Positions 9,957-22,296 are shown, counted from the stretch's first letter. The stretch: 64,000 nt of DNA from Escherichia coli (GCF_041886205.1 NZ_CP169029.1), one strand, 5' to 3'. The notes: a model not told the origin generated them from the sequence alone. Made by a program: numbers and translations.

Positions 9957-11444
9957 TCACCCGGAGAAGGTAAATCCCTCAAGAGGCAGCAACTCTGCCA
10001 GTCGCTCCTCCGGCCACTCCGGCAGACGCATCAGGACGTCTGTCAGCCAGGCATGCGGCTCCAGACCGTTGCGTTTCGCGGTTTCCAGCAAGCTCATTAT
10101 TTGCGCGGCGCGTTCTCCTGCCATCTGCGAACCGGCGAACAGCCACGATTTTCTGCCCAGGACCACGTTTTTGATGGCCCGTTCACACACATTATTATCC
10201 AGCGGCACCGCACCATCTTCCAGGAAGCGGCTTAGTTCCACGCGATGAGACAGCGCATAGACAATGGCTTTGTGTAATGCCCTTCCCGGAGAACATTGCG
10301 GTTCCTGCTCTTCAAGCCATGACCACAGATCTTCCAGTATCGGACGGGCATAACGCTGTCGCCACTGGCGGATTTTTTCCACGGGGCGGCTACTGATCTT
10401 CTTCTCAAGACGGTACAACCCCGCGATTTTCTTCACGGCGATGGCAGCCCGTGGATCTTTACTGATTTTATACAGGTCGGCGAAGCCCCTGCGGGCATGG
10501 GACCAGCATCCGGCCAGCGTGATCTCCGGCACTTTGTTTGCCAGAGTCCGGTAAGCTTTATGTCCGTCGACAACCAGCGTCCCGCCCCAGCCCTGAAGCC
10601 AGTTTTCAGGATACTCATGGCTACGTCCGGTCCGGCAGTTGAAGCACACAACTGACGGTCCCGTCCTTTCTCCACTGACGTATGCCCACAGATAACCGGA
10701 GCAGGATTTACCGCCTTTCTTCGTGTTCAGGAGCTTCAGGGTAGTCTCATCTGCATGCACCACCGGACGGTTTATCAACTCGCGATGGAGTAACGCCGCC
10801 AGGGGAGATAATGCGGCACCCGCCGCGCCAACCATGTCAGCCATCGAACTGACGGGAAGCCCGACATCTGAACGGGCAAAGACCTGTTGCTGGCGATACA
10901 GAGGCAGGTGGTCACCGTATTTATTGATGATCACCTGTGCGATGACTGATGGCTCAACGGCACTTTTCGGGAGGATATGTGCCGGCATTTCACCGCTGAA
11001 CACCTTCTGGCAACAGGGACAACTGTATTGCGGACGGACATAACAGTTCACCACGAAGTGAGCGGGAATATACTCCAGCTTTTCACTCACCGCATCACGG
11101 ATATAGTGCAGCGGCTCGTCACATTCAGGGCAATGGTCAGTGTCCGGCTGGATAATTTTTTCCACCCGTGGAAGATGAGCCGGTAAGGATTTGCGTATCG
11201 GGCGTGAACGGGACGCTTTTTCGTCTTCTTCAGGGGATTGCGGGAGCAGTTTATCCAGATGTGCGGTAAGCGCGGCGATATCGACATCAACATCCTCTTC
11301 GAACAGGGAGCGTTGCATACCAGCCAGCGTTTCACATTTTTTACCGAAGCGCTGTTGACGAACCAGTTTCAGCATTTCTTCCAGAAGCTGGATGCGCCGG
11401 CTTTTCTCCAGTAATTCCCGCTCTTTTTCGGCATTCTCCGACAT
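9957..11444 (-). CDS. tnpC: IS66-family transposase TnpC
   Basis: 495 aa; motifs [17 protein letters not shown], zinc-finger cysteines. Confidence 0.85.
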   Translation of the reverse strand: MSENAEKERELLEKSRRIQLLEEMLKLVRQQRFGKKCETLAGMQRSLFEEDVDVDIAALTAHLDKLLPQSPEEDEKASRSRPIRKSLPAHLPRVEKIIQPDTDHCPECDEPLHYIRDAVSEKLEYIPAHFVVNCYVRPQYSCPCCQKVFSGEMPAHILPKSAVEPSVIAQVIINKYGDHLPLYRQQQVFARSDVGLPVSSMADMVGAAGAALSPLAALLHRELINRPVVHADETTLKLLNTKKGGKSCSGYLWAYVSGERTGPSVVCFNCRTGRSHEYPENWLQGWGGTLVVDGHKAYRTLANKVPEITLAGCWSHARRGFADLYKISKDPRAAIAVKKIAGLYRLEKKISSRPVEKIRQWRQRYARPILEDLWSWLEEQEPQCSPGRALHKAIVYALSHRVELSRFLEDGAVPLDNNVCERAIKNVVLGRKSWLFAGSQMAGERAAQIMSLLETAKRNGLEPHAWLTDVLMRLPEWPEERLAELLPLEGFTFSG

Positions 11445-11564
11445 GACTTTTTATACCATGGCAAGTGCCATGGCACGCAGTTTTTCGATGTCATTCGTGG
11501 TGTTGAGAGCGGAGATGTCCATACAGGGGAGCATACCACTCCGGATACGGATATTAATTATTTT

Positions 11565-11957
11565 TCAATTAGTTAGCAGTGTATTTTGCGTGTTTTCAGG
11601 GCGCAGTTCAGGTTCATTCTGCCAGACCCATTTCGTCAGGTCATGTCCCTTAACCTGCTGCCAGTCAACACCGGCAATCAGCCAGTTAAACTCGTCGGGA
11701 GTGAGGTGCCAGGCAGCATCATTTGCACATGGCCAGCGGAAGCTGCCTTTGTGCAGACGGCGGGTACACAACCACACCCCGTGTTTATCCCACCGGAGAA
11801 CTTTGATACGCGAACGGGCTTTGTTAACAAAGACGAAGGCGGCTCCCCCATGCCATATCGACCGGAGTTCATCCTGTATATACTGCGTCAGTGCGTCGAT
11901 GCCCCGGCGCATGTCAACAGGTTTAATTGCGATGAAGACATTATCAGGACTGAGCAT
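11565..11957 (-). CDS. tnpB: IS66-family Orf2 (TnpB)
   Basis: Aligns with TnpB of the second IS66 copy (VLWADSDGLCLF / VLRWDKHGVWLC); start chosen at the internal Met. Confidence 0.75.
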   Translation of the reverse strand: MLSPDNVFIAIKPVDMRRGIDALTQYIQDELRSIWHGGAAFVFVNKARSRIKVLRWDKHGVWLCTRRLHKGSFRWPCANDAAWHLTPDEFNWLIAGVDWQQVKGHDLTKWVWQNEPELRPENTQNTLLTN

Positions 11958-12273
11958 ATTTGAGCGCCCTGAAGACATCGGTAAGTTGTGACGGCTGACA
12001 GCACATCCGTACTCCACCGGGAAGGAGGAGCGTGACTGGCTCATTCGTGACGGGCTGTGGTACATCAGCATGCAGTGGTGGCGCAATATGAACGGGAAGA
12101 ACGGTCGGTTCATTTGCCCGGCGTTCAGCTTTTGCGACATCCTGCGGCCATTCGCGAAGTGATGTGAAGGGAATATCGTTGAGTTCACAGTATTGCTGAC
12201 GTGTAAGACCACTGGCGCGCCAGGCAGCACGTTGCTGCCTTTTCTGTTCAATGGTCCATCGGGGTTTTGACAT
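11944..12273 (-). CDS. tnpA: IS66-family Orf1 (TnpA)
   Basis: 109 aa, immediately upstream of and overlapping tnpB. Confidence 0.7.
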   Translation of the reverse strand: MSKPRWTIEQKRQQRAAWRASGLTRQQYCELNDIPFTSLREWPQDVAKAERRANEPTVLPVHIAPPLHADVPQPVTNEPVTLLLPGGVRMCCQPSQLTDVFRALKYAQS

Positions 12274-12276
12274 TGA

Positions 12277-13413
12277 TTATCTCCGGTAAGTTGGTGAATG
12301 AATGTCGGTAATGCTAACTGACTGAAAATCTCTGTGAAGATGACTTCCCCGTAACGACACCTTCTTTATCGCCTGCCGAATGACGCTGTTCAGCGATTCG
12401 ATGGCATTCGTCGTGTAGATGGCCTTGCGGATATCCGGTGGGTAACCGAAGAAGGTGTTGAGATTTTCCCAGTGTGTGCGCCAGCTCTTGCTGATTTGCG
12501 GGTATTTTTTATCCCAGACGCCTGCAAACTTATCCAACGCCATCAACGCAGCTTCCTCTGTCGGGGCCTGATATACCGCTTTCAGCCCGCTGGTGACGGC
12601 TTTGTAATCCTTCCACGACACGAATTTCAGGCTGTTGCGCACCATATGGATGATGCAGAGCTGAATATGCGTCTGCGGGTATACGCTATTTATCGCTTCC
12701 GGGAAGCCTTTCAGGCCGTCCACGCAGGCAATCAGGATGTCCTGAAGGCCACGATTTTTCAGCTCAGTCAGTACACCCAGCCAGAACTTTGCACCTTCAT
12801 TTTCTGCCAGCCACATACCCAGCAGCTCTTTCTGACCGTCGGTATTGATGCCCAGCGCGAGGAACACCGCTTTGTTAATGACACTCCCGCCGTGACGAAC
12901 CTTAACCACAATACAGTCAAGATAAACAATGGGATACAGTGCATCCAACGGTCGGTTTTGCCATTCAGAGACCTGTTCTTTAACCGCATCGGTCACTTTG
13001 GATATCAGCGTGGGCGAGACATCGGCGTCGTACATTTCTTTGAACGTGGCAACGATTTCCCGCGTAGTCATGCCTTTGGCATACAGGGACAAAATCTGGC
13101 TGTCCATCTGGGTGATGCGTGTCTGATGCTTCTTAATTAGTTGCGGTTCGAAGGTATTTTCACGGTCACGCGGCGTGTTAAGTTCGATCTCGCCATCATC
13201 GCACAATACCGTTTTTGACGAGTAGCCATTACGGGTATTAGAGCCTGATTTAGGAGCATTTTTCTCATGACCGAGATGGTCAGTCAGTTCTGCATTGAGC
13301 GCCGTTTCGACGGTAAGCTTTGTCAACATGCGTGAAAACTGGTTGAGGTCGGCTTCGGTTTTAAGGCCTTTGGCCAGTTCAGCCGCAAGAGCTTTAAGTT
13401 TCTTTTCGTCCAT
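12277..13413 (-). CDS. IS256-family transposase, C-terminus apparently replaced at the junction with IS66 element 1
   Basis: 378 aa with IS256-type transposase features (MULE/DDE region); C-terminal 27 residues look non-native. Confidence 0.65.
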   Translation of the reverse strand: MDEKKLKALAAELAKGLKTEADLNQFSRMLTKLTVETALNAELTDHLGHEKNAPKSGSNTRNGYSSKTVLCDDGEIELNTPRDRENTFEPQLIKKHQTRITQMDSQILSLYAKGMTTREIVATFKEMYDADVSPTLISKVTDAVKEQVSEWQNRPLDALYPIVYLDCIVVKVRHGGSVINKAVFLALGINTDGQKELLGMWLAENEGAKFWLGVLTELKNRGLQDILIACVDGLKGFPEAINSVYPQTHIQLCIIHMVRNSLKFVSWKDYKAVTSGLKAVYQAPTEEAALMALDKFAGVWDKKYPQISKSWRTHWENLNTFFGYPPDIRKAIYTTNAIESLNSVIRQAIKKVSLRGSHLHRDFQSVSITDIHSPTYRR

Positions 13414-13718
13414 CGTTTGCCTGTCTCCGTTGTTGGAGTGAACATATCAAAAACAGGCAATTACACAATTTTAATTACAGTCTCTTCGGTTATTAACGAA
13501 ACTCAACAATAGCGCCTGGTTGTGAAACCAGTTTAACCATTTGAAGCTTAAACTCATTTGAAAATGATCTGCGGGGTTTTGCAGATAATGTTTTCTGTTC
13601 CATAACAGGTGTCCACTAGTTTTGAAGGTGGGCACCTACGTTACCAATACTGGCTTAATGTGTATTAGCTCAGACCTGATCTGACAGTTACCGGTTATTT
13701 ATACAGGTATCTGTCAGA

Positions 13719-14804
13719 TTACATCTGGCTTAAATTTTTCTCGACCCAGATGCGTTTTCCATCAAGTAACGTTTCCATTGGCGTCCGCCCATTGCACATT
13801 TTTCCCTGATGGGTTCGCTCATTATTATAGTGAGCCAGCCATTCATCAAGATCCGACTGTAATGTATCAAGATCGCCGTACAGTTTTTTACGGAACGTTA
13901 CCTGATAAAATTCGTTCAGGATTGTTTTATGGAACCGCTCGCAGATGCCGTTGGTCTGCGGGGACATCGCCTTTGTTTTCGTGTGTTCTATATCGTTTAT
14001 TGCCAGATAAAGCTGATAATCATGCTGCTCTACTTTGCCACAGTACTCCGTGCCTCTGTCGGTCAGTATTCTCAGCATCGGCAGGCCCTGAGACGCATAA
14101 AACGGCAGTACACGATCATTCAGTAAGTCAGCTGCGGTAATCGGTGTTTTGGTGACGTAAAGCTTACAGTGAGCCACTTTCGAGTACGTATCAACGAACG
14201 TCTGCTGATAAATACGCCCGACACCTTTCAGGTTGCCTACATAGAACGTGTCCTGCGAACCCAGATATCCAGGATGAGCCGTTTCGATTTCGCCACAGGC
14301 CTCGTCATCACTGGCTTTACGCTCCAGTGCTGCGATCTGGCTGTCAGTTAGCTCAATGCCATCACGGGCTACTTTTTCTTCCAGTGCTTTCAGACGTTTT
14401 TTGAAATTCTCAAGGTTATGGCGTAACAAGACAGAACGGACACCACTGCCGGAGATAAAAACGCCCTGTTTACGCAGCTCGTTGCTGGTCCGGTGCTGAC
14501 CGTGTGCCGGGAAAGCGACGGCGTAATCAACAACAGCCTGTTCAGTTGCCTCATCGGTACGGTTCTTAAGGTTAGGAGCGCGGCGACTACGATTAATCAG
14601 CGCATCCACACCGCCTTCATCGACCAGTTCGCGGTAACGATAAAACGTATCACGCGAAACGCCCATGATTTTACAGACTTTTGATTCGTTGCTGAGTTCT
14701 TCCGCCAGATTGAGCAAACCGGCTTTGTGTTTGATAACGGGATTGGTAGTATGAAGCATGAGAGTTACCTCGTGTTTTGTATAAGGATTCGACACCCATA
14801 TCAA
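13719..14804 (-). CDS. Transposase, HTH + DDE (rve) integrase core, IS481-family-like
   Basis: 361-aa single ORF with N-terminal HTH and integrase-core motifs. Confidence 0.7.
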   Translation of the reverse strand: MIWVSNPYTKHEVTLMLHTTNPVIKHKAGLLNLAEELSNESKVCKIMGVSRDTFYRYRELVDEGGVDALINRSRRAPNLKNRTDEATEQAVVDYAVAFPAHGQHRTSNELRKQGVFISGSGVRSVLLRHNLENFKKRLKALEEKVARDGIELTDSQIAALERKASDDEACGEIETAHPGYLGSQDTFYVGNLKGVGRIYQQTFVDTYSKVAHCKLYVTKTPITAADLLNDRVLPFYASQGLPMLRILTDRGTEYCGKVEQHDYQLYLAINDIEHTKTKAMSPQTNGICERFHKTILNEFYQVTFRKKLYGDLDTLQSDLDEWLAHYNNERTHQGKMCNGRTPMETLLDGKRIWVEKNLSQM

Positions 14805-14936
14805 AACCGGTAACTCTCAACCTTTCAAGGCTCAGTGTTAGCGCCAATGATATAAGACAGTAATTCACCATTTGAATTGTCCGCTCCACCCAACATGTTG
14901 TTTCCTTGAGGTTCTCACACCAGAAAGGACATCAAC

Positions 14937-16906
<1,970 letters not shown>

Positions 16907-17142
16907 TCAAACAGCGGACATTAAAAATGGCGAAACGGTCATAAATCCTGGCGTTGACATCAGTGTCAGATCAAGTCGCGACTAATACACTTAATGGCTA
17001 CATACGGCGGTCAGTTTACGCTTACGAAAGGACGAACTTTTCTAAGGGCTTTTTTCCTTAAGTGGGGCTTGGATATTCGGAGTGGATTGTATTTAAAACG
17101 AATATCCAAGCAATCAAACTCTAGTCTACAAAACACATAAAT

Positions 17143-17226
17143 TCATGCACGTATCCATCCATGCTGTAGATAATCAGCTGTGATAATAGCAGCCGCTACT
17201 GAAGCAATTGAATGGAAAGCGTCGTC
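17143..17226 (-). pseudogene. Displaced 3' end (last 27 codons + stop) of the PNP-domain gene, separated from the gene body by IS66 element 2
   Basis: Joining minus-strand 19941 to 17226 across the TSD restores an in-frame ending ...STKDDAFHSIASVAAAIITADYLQHGWIRA*. Confidence 0.6.
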
Positions 17227-17287
17227 TTTTGTGCGTAACCGGCTCATTTAAACCGTCTGGTCTGTTTCCTCCGGCTCTACAAAAATA

Positions 17288-17965
17288 ATGTCCATCATTT
17301 TTAATGGACACTATCGTATGAAACACCGGACCTGGATCACTGAAGCTTTACGTCTTCACTTTGAAGAACATTTACCCCGGGTTGTGGCCGGGCGTCGCCT
17401 GGGTGTACCAAAATCAACAGTTTGTAGTATGTTCGTGCGCTTTCGGAGAGCTGGCCTTTCGTGGCCTTTGCCCGCAGGCATGTCGGAGCAGGAACTTGAT
17501 GCCTGCCTTTACGGACAATTTTCCACGGTACCAGTCGTACGTCCTGAAAGCACCGTTATATCCGAAGCCCCCGTGGTAAAAAAACGTCCCCGGCGGCCCA
17601 ACTTCCCTTATGAGTTTAAAATCGCCTTAGTGGAGCAGTCACTGCAGCCCGGAGCCTGTGTGGCGCAGATCGCCCGGGAAAACGGAATCAACGATAACCT
17701 GCTCTTCAACTGGCGCCATCAATACCGGAAAGGTGGCCTGCTGCCTTCCGGAAAAAATATGCCGGCACTGCTTCCCGTGACGTTAACGCCGGAGCCGGAT
17801 AATAAAATCCCGGCCCCCGCACAGGAACCAGAGCAGATAAATACACCGTCCGACAGTCTGTGTTGTGAGCTGGTTCTGCCGGCCGGAACTCTCAGGCTTA
17901 AAGGTAAACTGACGCCGGCGTTATTACAGACACTTATCCGCGAAATAAAAGGGAGCAGCCACTGA
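17288..17965 (+). CDS. tnpA: IS66-family Orf1 (TnpA-like); start uncertain
   Basis: HTH region; first gene after the left inverted repeat. Confidence 0.6.
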   Translation: MSIIFNGHYRMKHRTWITEALRLHFEEHLPRVVAGRRLGVPKSTVCSMFVRFRRAGLSWPLPAGMSEQELDACLYGQFSTVPVVRPESTVISEAPVVKKRPRRPNFPYEFKIALVEQSLQPGACVAQIARENGINDNLLFNWRHQYRKGGLLPSGKNMPALLPVTLTPEPDNKIPAPAQEPEQINTPSDSLCCELVLPAGTLRLKGKLTPALLQTLIREIKGSSH

Positions 17966-18312
17966 TGATATCTCTCCCTGCAGGTTCGCGTATCTGGCTG
18001 GTTGCAGGTATCACCGATATGCGAAATGGCTTTAACGGCCTGGCATCAAAAGTTCAGAACGTCCTGAAGGATGACCCGTTCTCCGGACACCTGTTCATCT
18101 TCCGCGGACGCCGGGGTGACCAGATAAAAGTGTTGTGGGCTGACAGTGACGGACTGTGCCTCTTCACCAAACGCCTGGAGCGGGGCCGCTTCGTCTGGCC
18201 AGTCACCCGTGACGGCAAGGTGCACCTTACTCCGGCTCAGTTATCCATGCTTCTTGAAGGTATCAACTGGAAGCACCCGAAACGAACGGAACGCGCTGGA
18301 ATCCGCATATAA
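17965..18312 (+). CDS. tnpB: IS66-family Orf2 (TnpB)
   Basis: 115 aa, typical TnpB sequence. Confidence 0.85.
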   Translation: MISLPAGSRIWLVAGITDMRNGFNGLASKVQNVLKDDPFSGHLFIFRGRRGDQIKVLWADSDGLCLFTKRLERGRFVWPVTRDGKVHLTPAQLSMLLEGINWKHPKRTERAGIRI

Positions 18313-18331
18313 CCCGTTGTAAAGTGAGGAT

Positions 18332-19903
18332 ATGGACACCTCACTTGCTCATGAGAACGCCCGCCTGCGGGCACTGTTGCAGACGCAACAGGACACCATC
18401 CGCCAGATGGCTGAATACAACCGCCTGCTCTCACAGCGGGTGGCGGCTTATGCTTCCGAAATCAACCGGCTGAAGGCGCTGGTTGCGAAACTGCAACGTA
18501 TGCAGTTCGGTAAAAGCTCAGAAAAACTTCGTGCAAAAACCGAACGGCAGATACAGGAAGCACAGGAGCGAATCAGCGCACTTCAGGAAGAAATGGCGGA
18601 AACGCTGGGTGAGCAATATGACCCGGTACTGCCATCCGCCCTGCGCCAGTCTTCAGCCCGTAAACCGTTACCGGCCTCACTTCCCCGTGAAACCCGGGTT
18701 ATCCGGCCGGAAGAGGAATGCTGTCCTGCCTGTGGTGGTGAACTCAGTTCTCTGGGATGTGATGTGTCAGAGCAACTGGAGCTTATCAGCAGCGCCTTTA
18801 AGGTTATCGAAACACAACGTCCGAAACAGGCCTGTTGCCGGTGCGACCATATCGTGCAGGCACCAGTACCTTCAAAACCCATTGCACGCAGTTATGCCGG
18901 AGCGGGGCTTCTGGCCCATGTTGTCACCGGGAAATATGCAGACCATCTGCCGTTATACCGCCAGTCAGAAATATACCGTCGTCAGGGAGTGGAGCTGAGC
19001 CGTGCCACACTGGGGCGCTGGACAGGTGCTGTTGCTGAACTGCTGGAGCCGCTGTATGACGTCCTGCGCCAGTATGTGCTGATGCCCGGTAAAGTCCATG
19101 CTGATGATATCCCCGTCCCGGTCCAGGAGCCGGGCAGCGGTAAAACCCGGACAGCCCGGCTGTGGGTCTACGTCCGTGATGACCGTAACGCCGGTTCACA
19201 GATGCCCCCGGCGGTCTGGTTCGCGTACAGTCCGGACCGGAAAGGTATCCATCCACAAAATCACCTGGCCGGTTACAGCGGTGTGCTTCAGGCCGATGCT
19301 TACGGTGGTTACCGGGCGTTATACGAATCCGGCAGAATAACGGAAGCCGCGTGTATGGCTCATGCCCGGAGAAAAATCCACGATGTGCATGCAAGAGCGT
19401 CCACCTACATCACCACGGAAGCCCTGCAGCGTATCGGTGAACTGTATGCCATCGAGGCAGAGGTCCGGGGCTGTTCAGCAGAACAGCGTCTGGCGGCAAG
19501 AAAAGCCAGAGCCGCGCCACTGATGCAGTCACTGTATGACTGGATACAGCAACAGATGAAAACACTGTCGCGTCACTCAGATACGGCAAAAGCGTTCGCA
19601 TACCTGCTGAAACAGTGGGATGCACTGAACGTGTACTGCAGTAATGGCTGGGTGGAAATCGACAACAACATCGCAGAGAACGCCTTACGGGGAGTGGCCG
19701 TAGGCCGGAAAAACTGGATGTTCGCGGGTTCCGACAGCGGTGGTGAACATGCGGCGGTGTTGTACTCGCTGATCGGCACATGCCGTCTGAACAATGTGGA
19801 GCCAGAAAAGTGGCTGCGTTACGTCATTGAACATATCCAGGACTGGCCGGCAAACCGGGTACGCGATCTGTTGCCCTGGAAAGTTGATCTGAGCTCTCAG
19901 TAA
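18332..19903 (+). CDS. tnpC: IS66-family transposase TnpC
   Basis: 523 aa; leucine-zipper N-terminus, zinc-finger cysteines, [20 protein letters not shown]. Confidence 0.9.
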   Translation: MDTSLAHENARLRALLQTQQDTIRQMAEYNRLLSQRVAAYASEINRLKALVAKLQRMQFGKSSEKLRAKTERQIQEAQERISALQEEMAETLGEQYDPVLPSALRQSSARKPLPASLPRETRVIRPEEECCPACGGELSSLGCDVSEQLELISSAFKVIETQRPKQACCRCDHIVQAPVPSKPIARSYAGAGLLAHVVTGKYADHLPLYRQSEIYRRQGVELSRATLGRWTGAVAELLEPLYDVLRQYVLMPGKVHADDIPVPVQEPGSGKTRTARLWVYVRDDRNAGSQMPPAVWFAYSPDRKGIHPQNHLAGYSGVLQADAYGGYRALYESGRITEAACMAHARRKIHDVHARASTYITTEALQRIGELYAIEAEVRGCSAEQRLAARKARAAPLMQSLYDWIQQQMKTLSRHSDTAKAFAYLLKQWDALNVYCSNGWVEIDNNIAENALRGVAVGRKNWMFAGSDSGGEHAAVLYSLIGTCRLNNVEPEKWLRYVIEHIQDWPANRVRDLLPWKVDLSSQ

Positions 19904-19906
19904 ATA

Positions 19907-21382
19907 TCAATACGGTTCTGACGAGTCGCTTACTTTTGTGCTGTCGCCAAAATCACTAATCCCTCTCACAATAAGCGCTGGAACTCCCTGCTTTTCGCAG
20001 GCATCAAATACCCCATAGGCTTCCATTTCGGCAACACAGGCTTTGTCATGAAGCGACCTGAAACGTTCTAGTAAAGCAGGATCGCGGATAAGAAGCTCTC
20101 CTGATGCGATAGTGGCTGAAGAAACAATTATCCCAGCAGCTACGTCTCCAGCCTGCGAATTTTCAGGCATTTCGAGTCCTATAGCCTGTGCCCGTTCGCC
20201 AAGACGTGCGGATAGTGACGTTGTTGCAAGGTAAGTATTGAGGTTTTGTTTAGTTGGCATATGGAGACATAATATTTCAGGTCGAGGAGCAAACTTCCCA
20301 CCTTCTAATGCGGCTGCACTTTCATAATAAATGACACGCTCAGAAATAATGACTTCACCTAGCACCATTTTTTCTCTCAACCCCGCCGCAATCCCCATCA
20401 TCAAGACTTTTTGGGGTTTGAATTCCGACAACAACATGGTAGTAATAGCTGAAGCATTCACATTTCCAGCACTAGCGAAAGACGCCACTATGCCAGTTAC
20501 TGGGCCATCTGAGCGTTGTATGGATGTGGACCAGAAATGTATTCCATTTGATGTGAGCCGCGGAGATTCATCATCAGCTATGCCAAATACTTTCTTGGCT
20601 GCAGCAAGTTCAACTGGTAGAGCTGTCAAAATCAACACATTTGGAGTATGCAGCAACTGTTGTGCAGCCCATTCAGCTTTAAGCAATTCAACTGCGATTT
20701 CTGAAAGTCGTTCCAGTCCATAGTAAGGTTCCTGTAACGATAAAGTGTCGAGCTGATTTTTTACGGCTTCACCGGTGCAAGGGAACATAGACAGCGGCTC
20801 TGCATAAAAACGTGCATGTAGGCCTAAAGCACCTTTTCCGTCATCGCAAATTCCCCCAAGCTCCAAGTCAAACGGTAATATGGGGTGGTTGGCTTTACGC
20901 ATTTTACTCGCACGATCGGAAACGCCTTTTCCTCCACCTAATGCAATCATGGCTGTGGCAGCATCAACCTGCTCGCTTCCAATATTTCCTCCAGTAATGA
21001 GATCATCATCTAGATAGCTGACATCAGCAAATCTAGCTGCCTGAAGTTTACGAATAAGCATCCGATTCTCTTCAGACATTTTCTCCCGCATTGCAGAACG
21101 CGACGTGACGATCTTGAGTTGGTGGGCTGGCGTATAATTCTCCATTAAATCTACAGCTTCTTTTACTATCGTCCAGTCGAAGGTCAGGAGATCCCCATTT
21201 TCATTAACAGGTTCTCCTGCCAAATAGACAACTAGTCCCACATTTGCATCAAGGATGCTCTTCGTCAATGCTCGAACGAAACTATGTGCTCGATCAATAT
21301 AAAGTTTTTCTGTATTTTTGGATATACTTCCAGCGATCAGAACATACTCATTATTAGTATTTGTCATCACAATTCTTCCCAA
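19907..21382 (-). CDS. Two-domain protein: N-terminal Rossmann-like domain with GGGKG motif (possible ligand sensor) + C-terminal PNP/MTA-nucleosidase-family domain; 3' end interrupted by IS66 element 2
   Basis: C-terminal half has nucleosidase-like motifs (VAEMEAYGV, RGISDFGD); last 8 codons and stop are IS-encoded (VSDSSEPY*). Confidence 0.6.
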   Translation of the reverse strand: MGRIVMTNTNNEYVLIAGSISKNTEKLYIDRAHSFVRALTKSILDANVGLVVYLAGEPVNENGDLLTFDWTIVKEAVDLMENYTPAHQLKIVTSRSAMREKMSEENRMLIRKLQAARFADVSYLDDDLITGGNIGSEQVDAATAMIALGGGKGVSDRASKMRKANHPILPFDLELGGICDDGKGALGLHARFYAEPLSMFPCTGEAVKNQLDTLSLQEPYYGLERLSEIAVELLKAEWAAQQLLHTPNVLILTALPVELAAAKKVFGIADDESPRLTSNGIHFWSTSIQRSDGPVTGIVASFASAGNVNASAITTMLLSEFKPQKVLMMGIAAGLREKMVLGEVIISERVIYYESAAALEGGKFAPRPEILCLHMPTKQNLNTYLATTSLSARLGERAQAIGLEMPENSQAGDVAAGIIVSSATIASGELLIRDPALLERFRSLHDKACVAEMEAYGVFDACEKQGVPALIVRGISDFGDSTKVSDSSEPY

Positions 21383-21396
21383 AGGAGTATTACTTG

Positions 21397-22296
21397 TTAC
21401 TGTTTAAGTAAGGCATAGATTTCATCCTTGTTTTTTAATGCTAACTGTAATGCTTCCGGCGCCTGATGTGACTGAGTCTCTGTAAGATTTAACTGGAAAA
21501 GAAGGTAGTGCAGCAAAGCTTGTCGGCATTCCAGATGGATTTCTCCGTCGATCATTGCATAATCTCTCTCAATAAGGTTTCGTTGAGCAAGGCATAGTCC
21601 AGGATGCGCTATAAGAATAATTTTGATGAATGTATTCCACGCTAAATCACCATTAGCCCTCTCTTCATCGGGTCCGGCGTTTTGTGCCTGCACTATTCGC
21701 GACAATAAAAAGTCCCTATATTCACCACGTTTATGACACCATGCTCTTGTGTGCCAGCGATAACCATCATGGACTAATGAATGAGGAGTCAAGGTTCGTT
21801 TACTGCCTTGAGGGTCACTCATGGATTGATAAATAACATGAACAGCCTCATTTTCACGTATAGCTCGTAATATTTGACTTACGACATCAGTGTCCAGTCT
21901 ACGTAACAGTCGTGGAACCGCTGCAACGGGTGAGCGCCAGCCCAGAAAGCTTCCAAAATGAATTTCAGGTTGTATTGCCACTCGCAGCAAATCATTCAGA
22001 TAACATTCCAGAGAGCTGGTCATATAAACTGGCTGAAACAATTTCGTTGAACGGTAAACTCGGGAACTCATATCGTACTCAAGATTATCGGGGGCTAACT
22101 TAGTATATTCACTAAGATCCAGCGAAGCTTGAGGTACTGATATGCCGAAAAAATCAGTGAGGCTGCTACGATTGATTTGCCCATCCCATCGAAGTCGATA
22201 ATCAATAAATTCAAGCCGACGCTCTTGGCCCCATCTCGCACCTTGCCGTCCTTTTTGGCTGTCTTGCTTATCCCCTTCTCTAAAGTTATCTGGCAT
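21397..22296 (-). CDS. WYL-domain transcriptional regulator (CapW/BrxR-like)
   Basis: 299 aa; N-terminal wHTH, central WYL-type motif (HDGYRWHTRAWCHKRGEYRDFLLSRI); divergent from the nucleotidyltransferase operon. Confidence 0.65.
   Translation of the reverse strand: MPDNFREGDKQDSQKGRQGARWGQERRLEFIDYRLRWDGQINRSSLTDFFGISVPQASLDLSEYTKLAPDNLEYDMSSRVYRSTKLFQPVYMTSSLECYLNDLLRVAIQPEIHFGSFLGWRSPVAAVPRLLRRLDTDVVSQILRAIRENEAVHVIYQSMSDPQGSKRTLTPHSLVHDGYRWHTRAWCHKRGEYRDFLLSRIVQAQNAGPDEERANGDLAWNTFIKIILIAHPGLCLAQRNLIERDYAMIDGEIHLECRQALLHYLLFQLNLTETQSHQAPEALQLALKNKDEIYALLKQ

Larger units (their letters stand above)
9900..12343 (-). mobile_element. IS66-family element 1 (ends not resolved)
   Basis: tnpA-tnpB-tnpC gene triplet on minus strand; terminal inverted repeats could not be identified. 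Confidence 0.55.
17235..19933 (+). mobile_element. IS66-family element 2 (ISEc8-like), complete, with 8-bp target-site duplication
   Basis: Terminal inverted repeats GTAACCGGCTC... (17235) and ...GAGTCGCTTAC (19933); identical flanking direct repeats TTTTGTGC at 17227-17234 and 19934-19941. Confidence 0.85.

Noticed and set aside
12472-13140. 222-aa plus-strand ORF opposite the IS256-family transposase
   Set aside because: Antisense shadow ORF of the transposase gene.
20331-20723. 130-aa plus-strand ORF inside the PNP-domain gene
   Set aside because: Antisense to a motif-bearing ORF; no features of its own.
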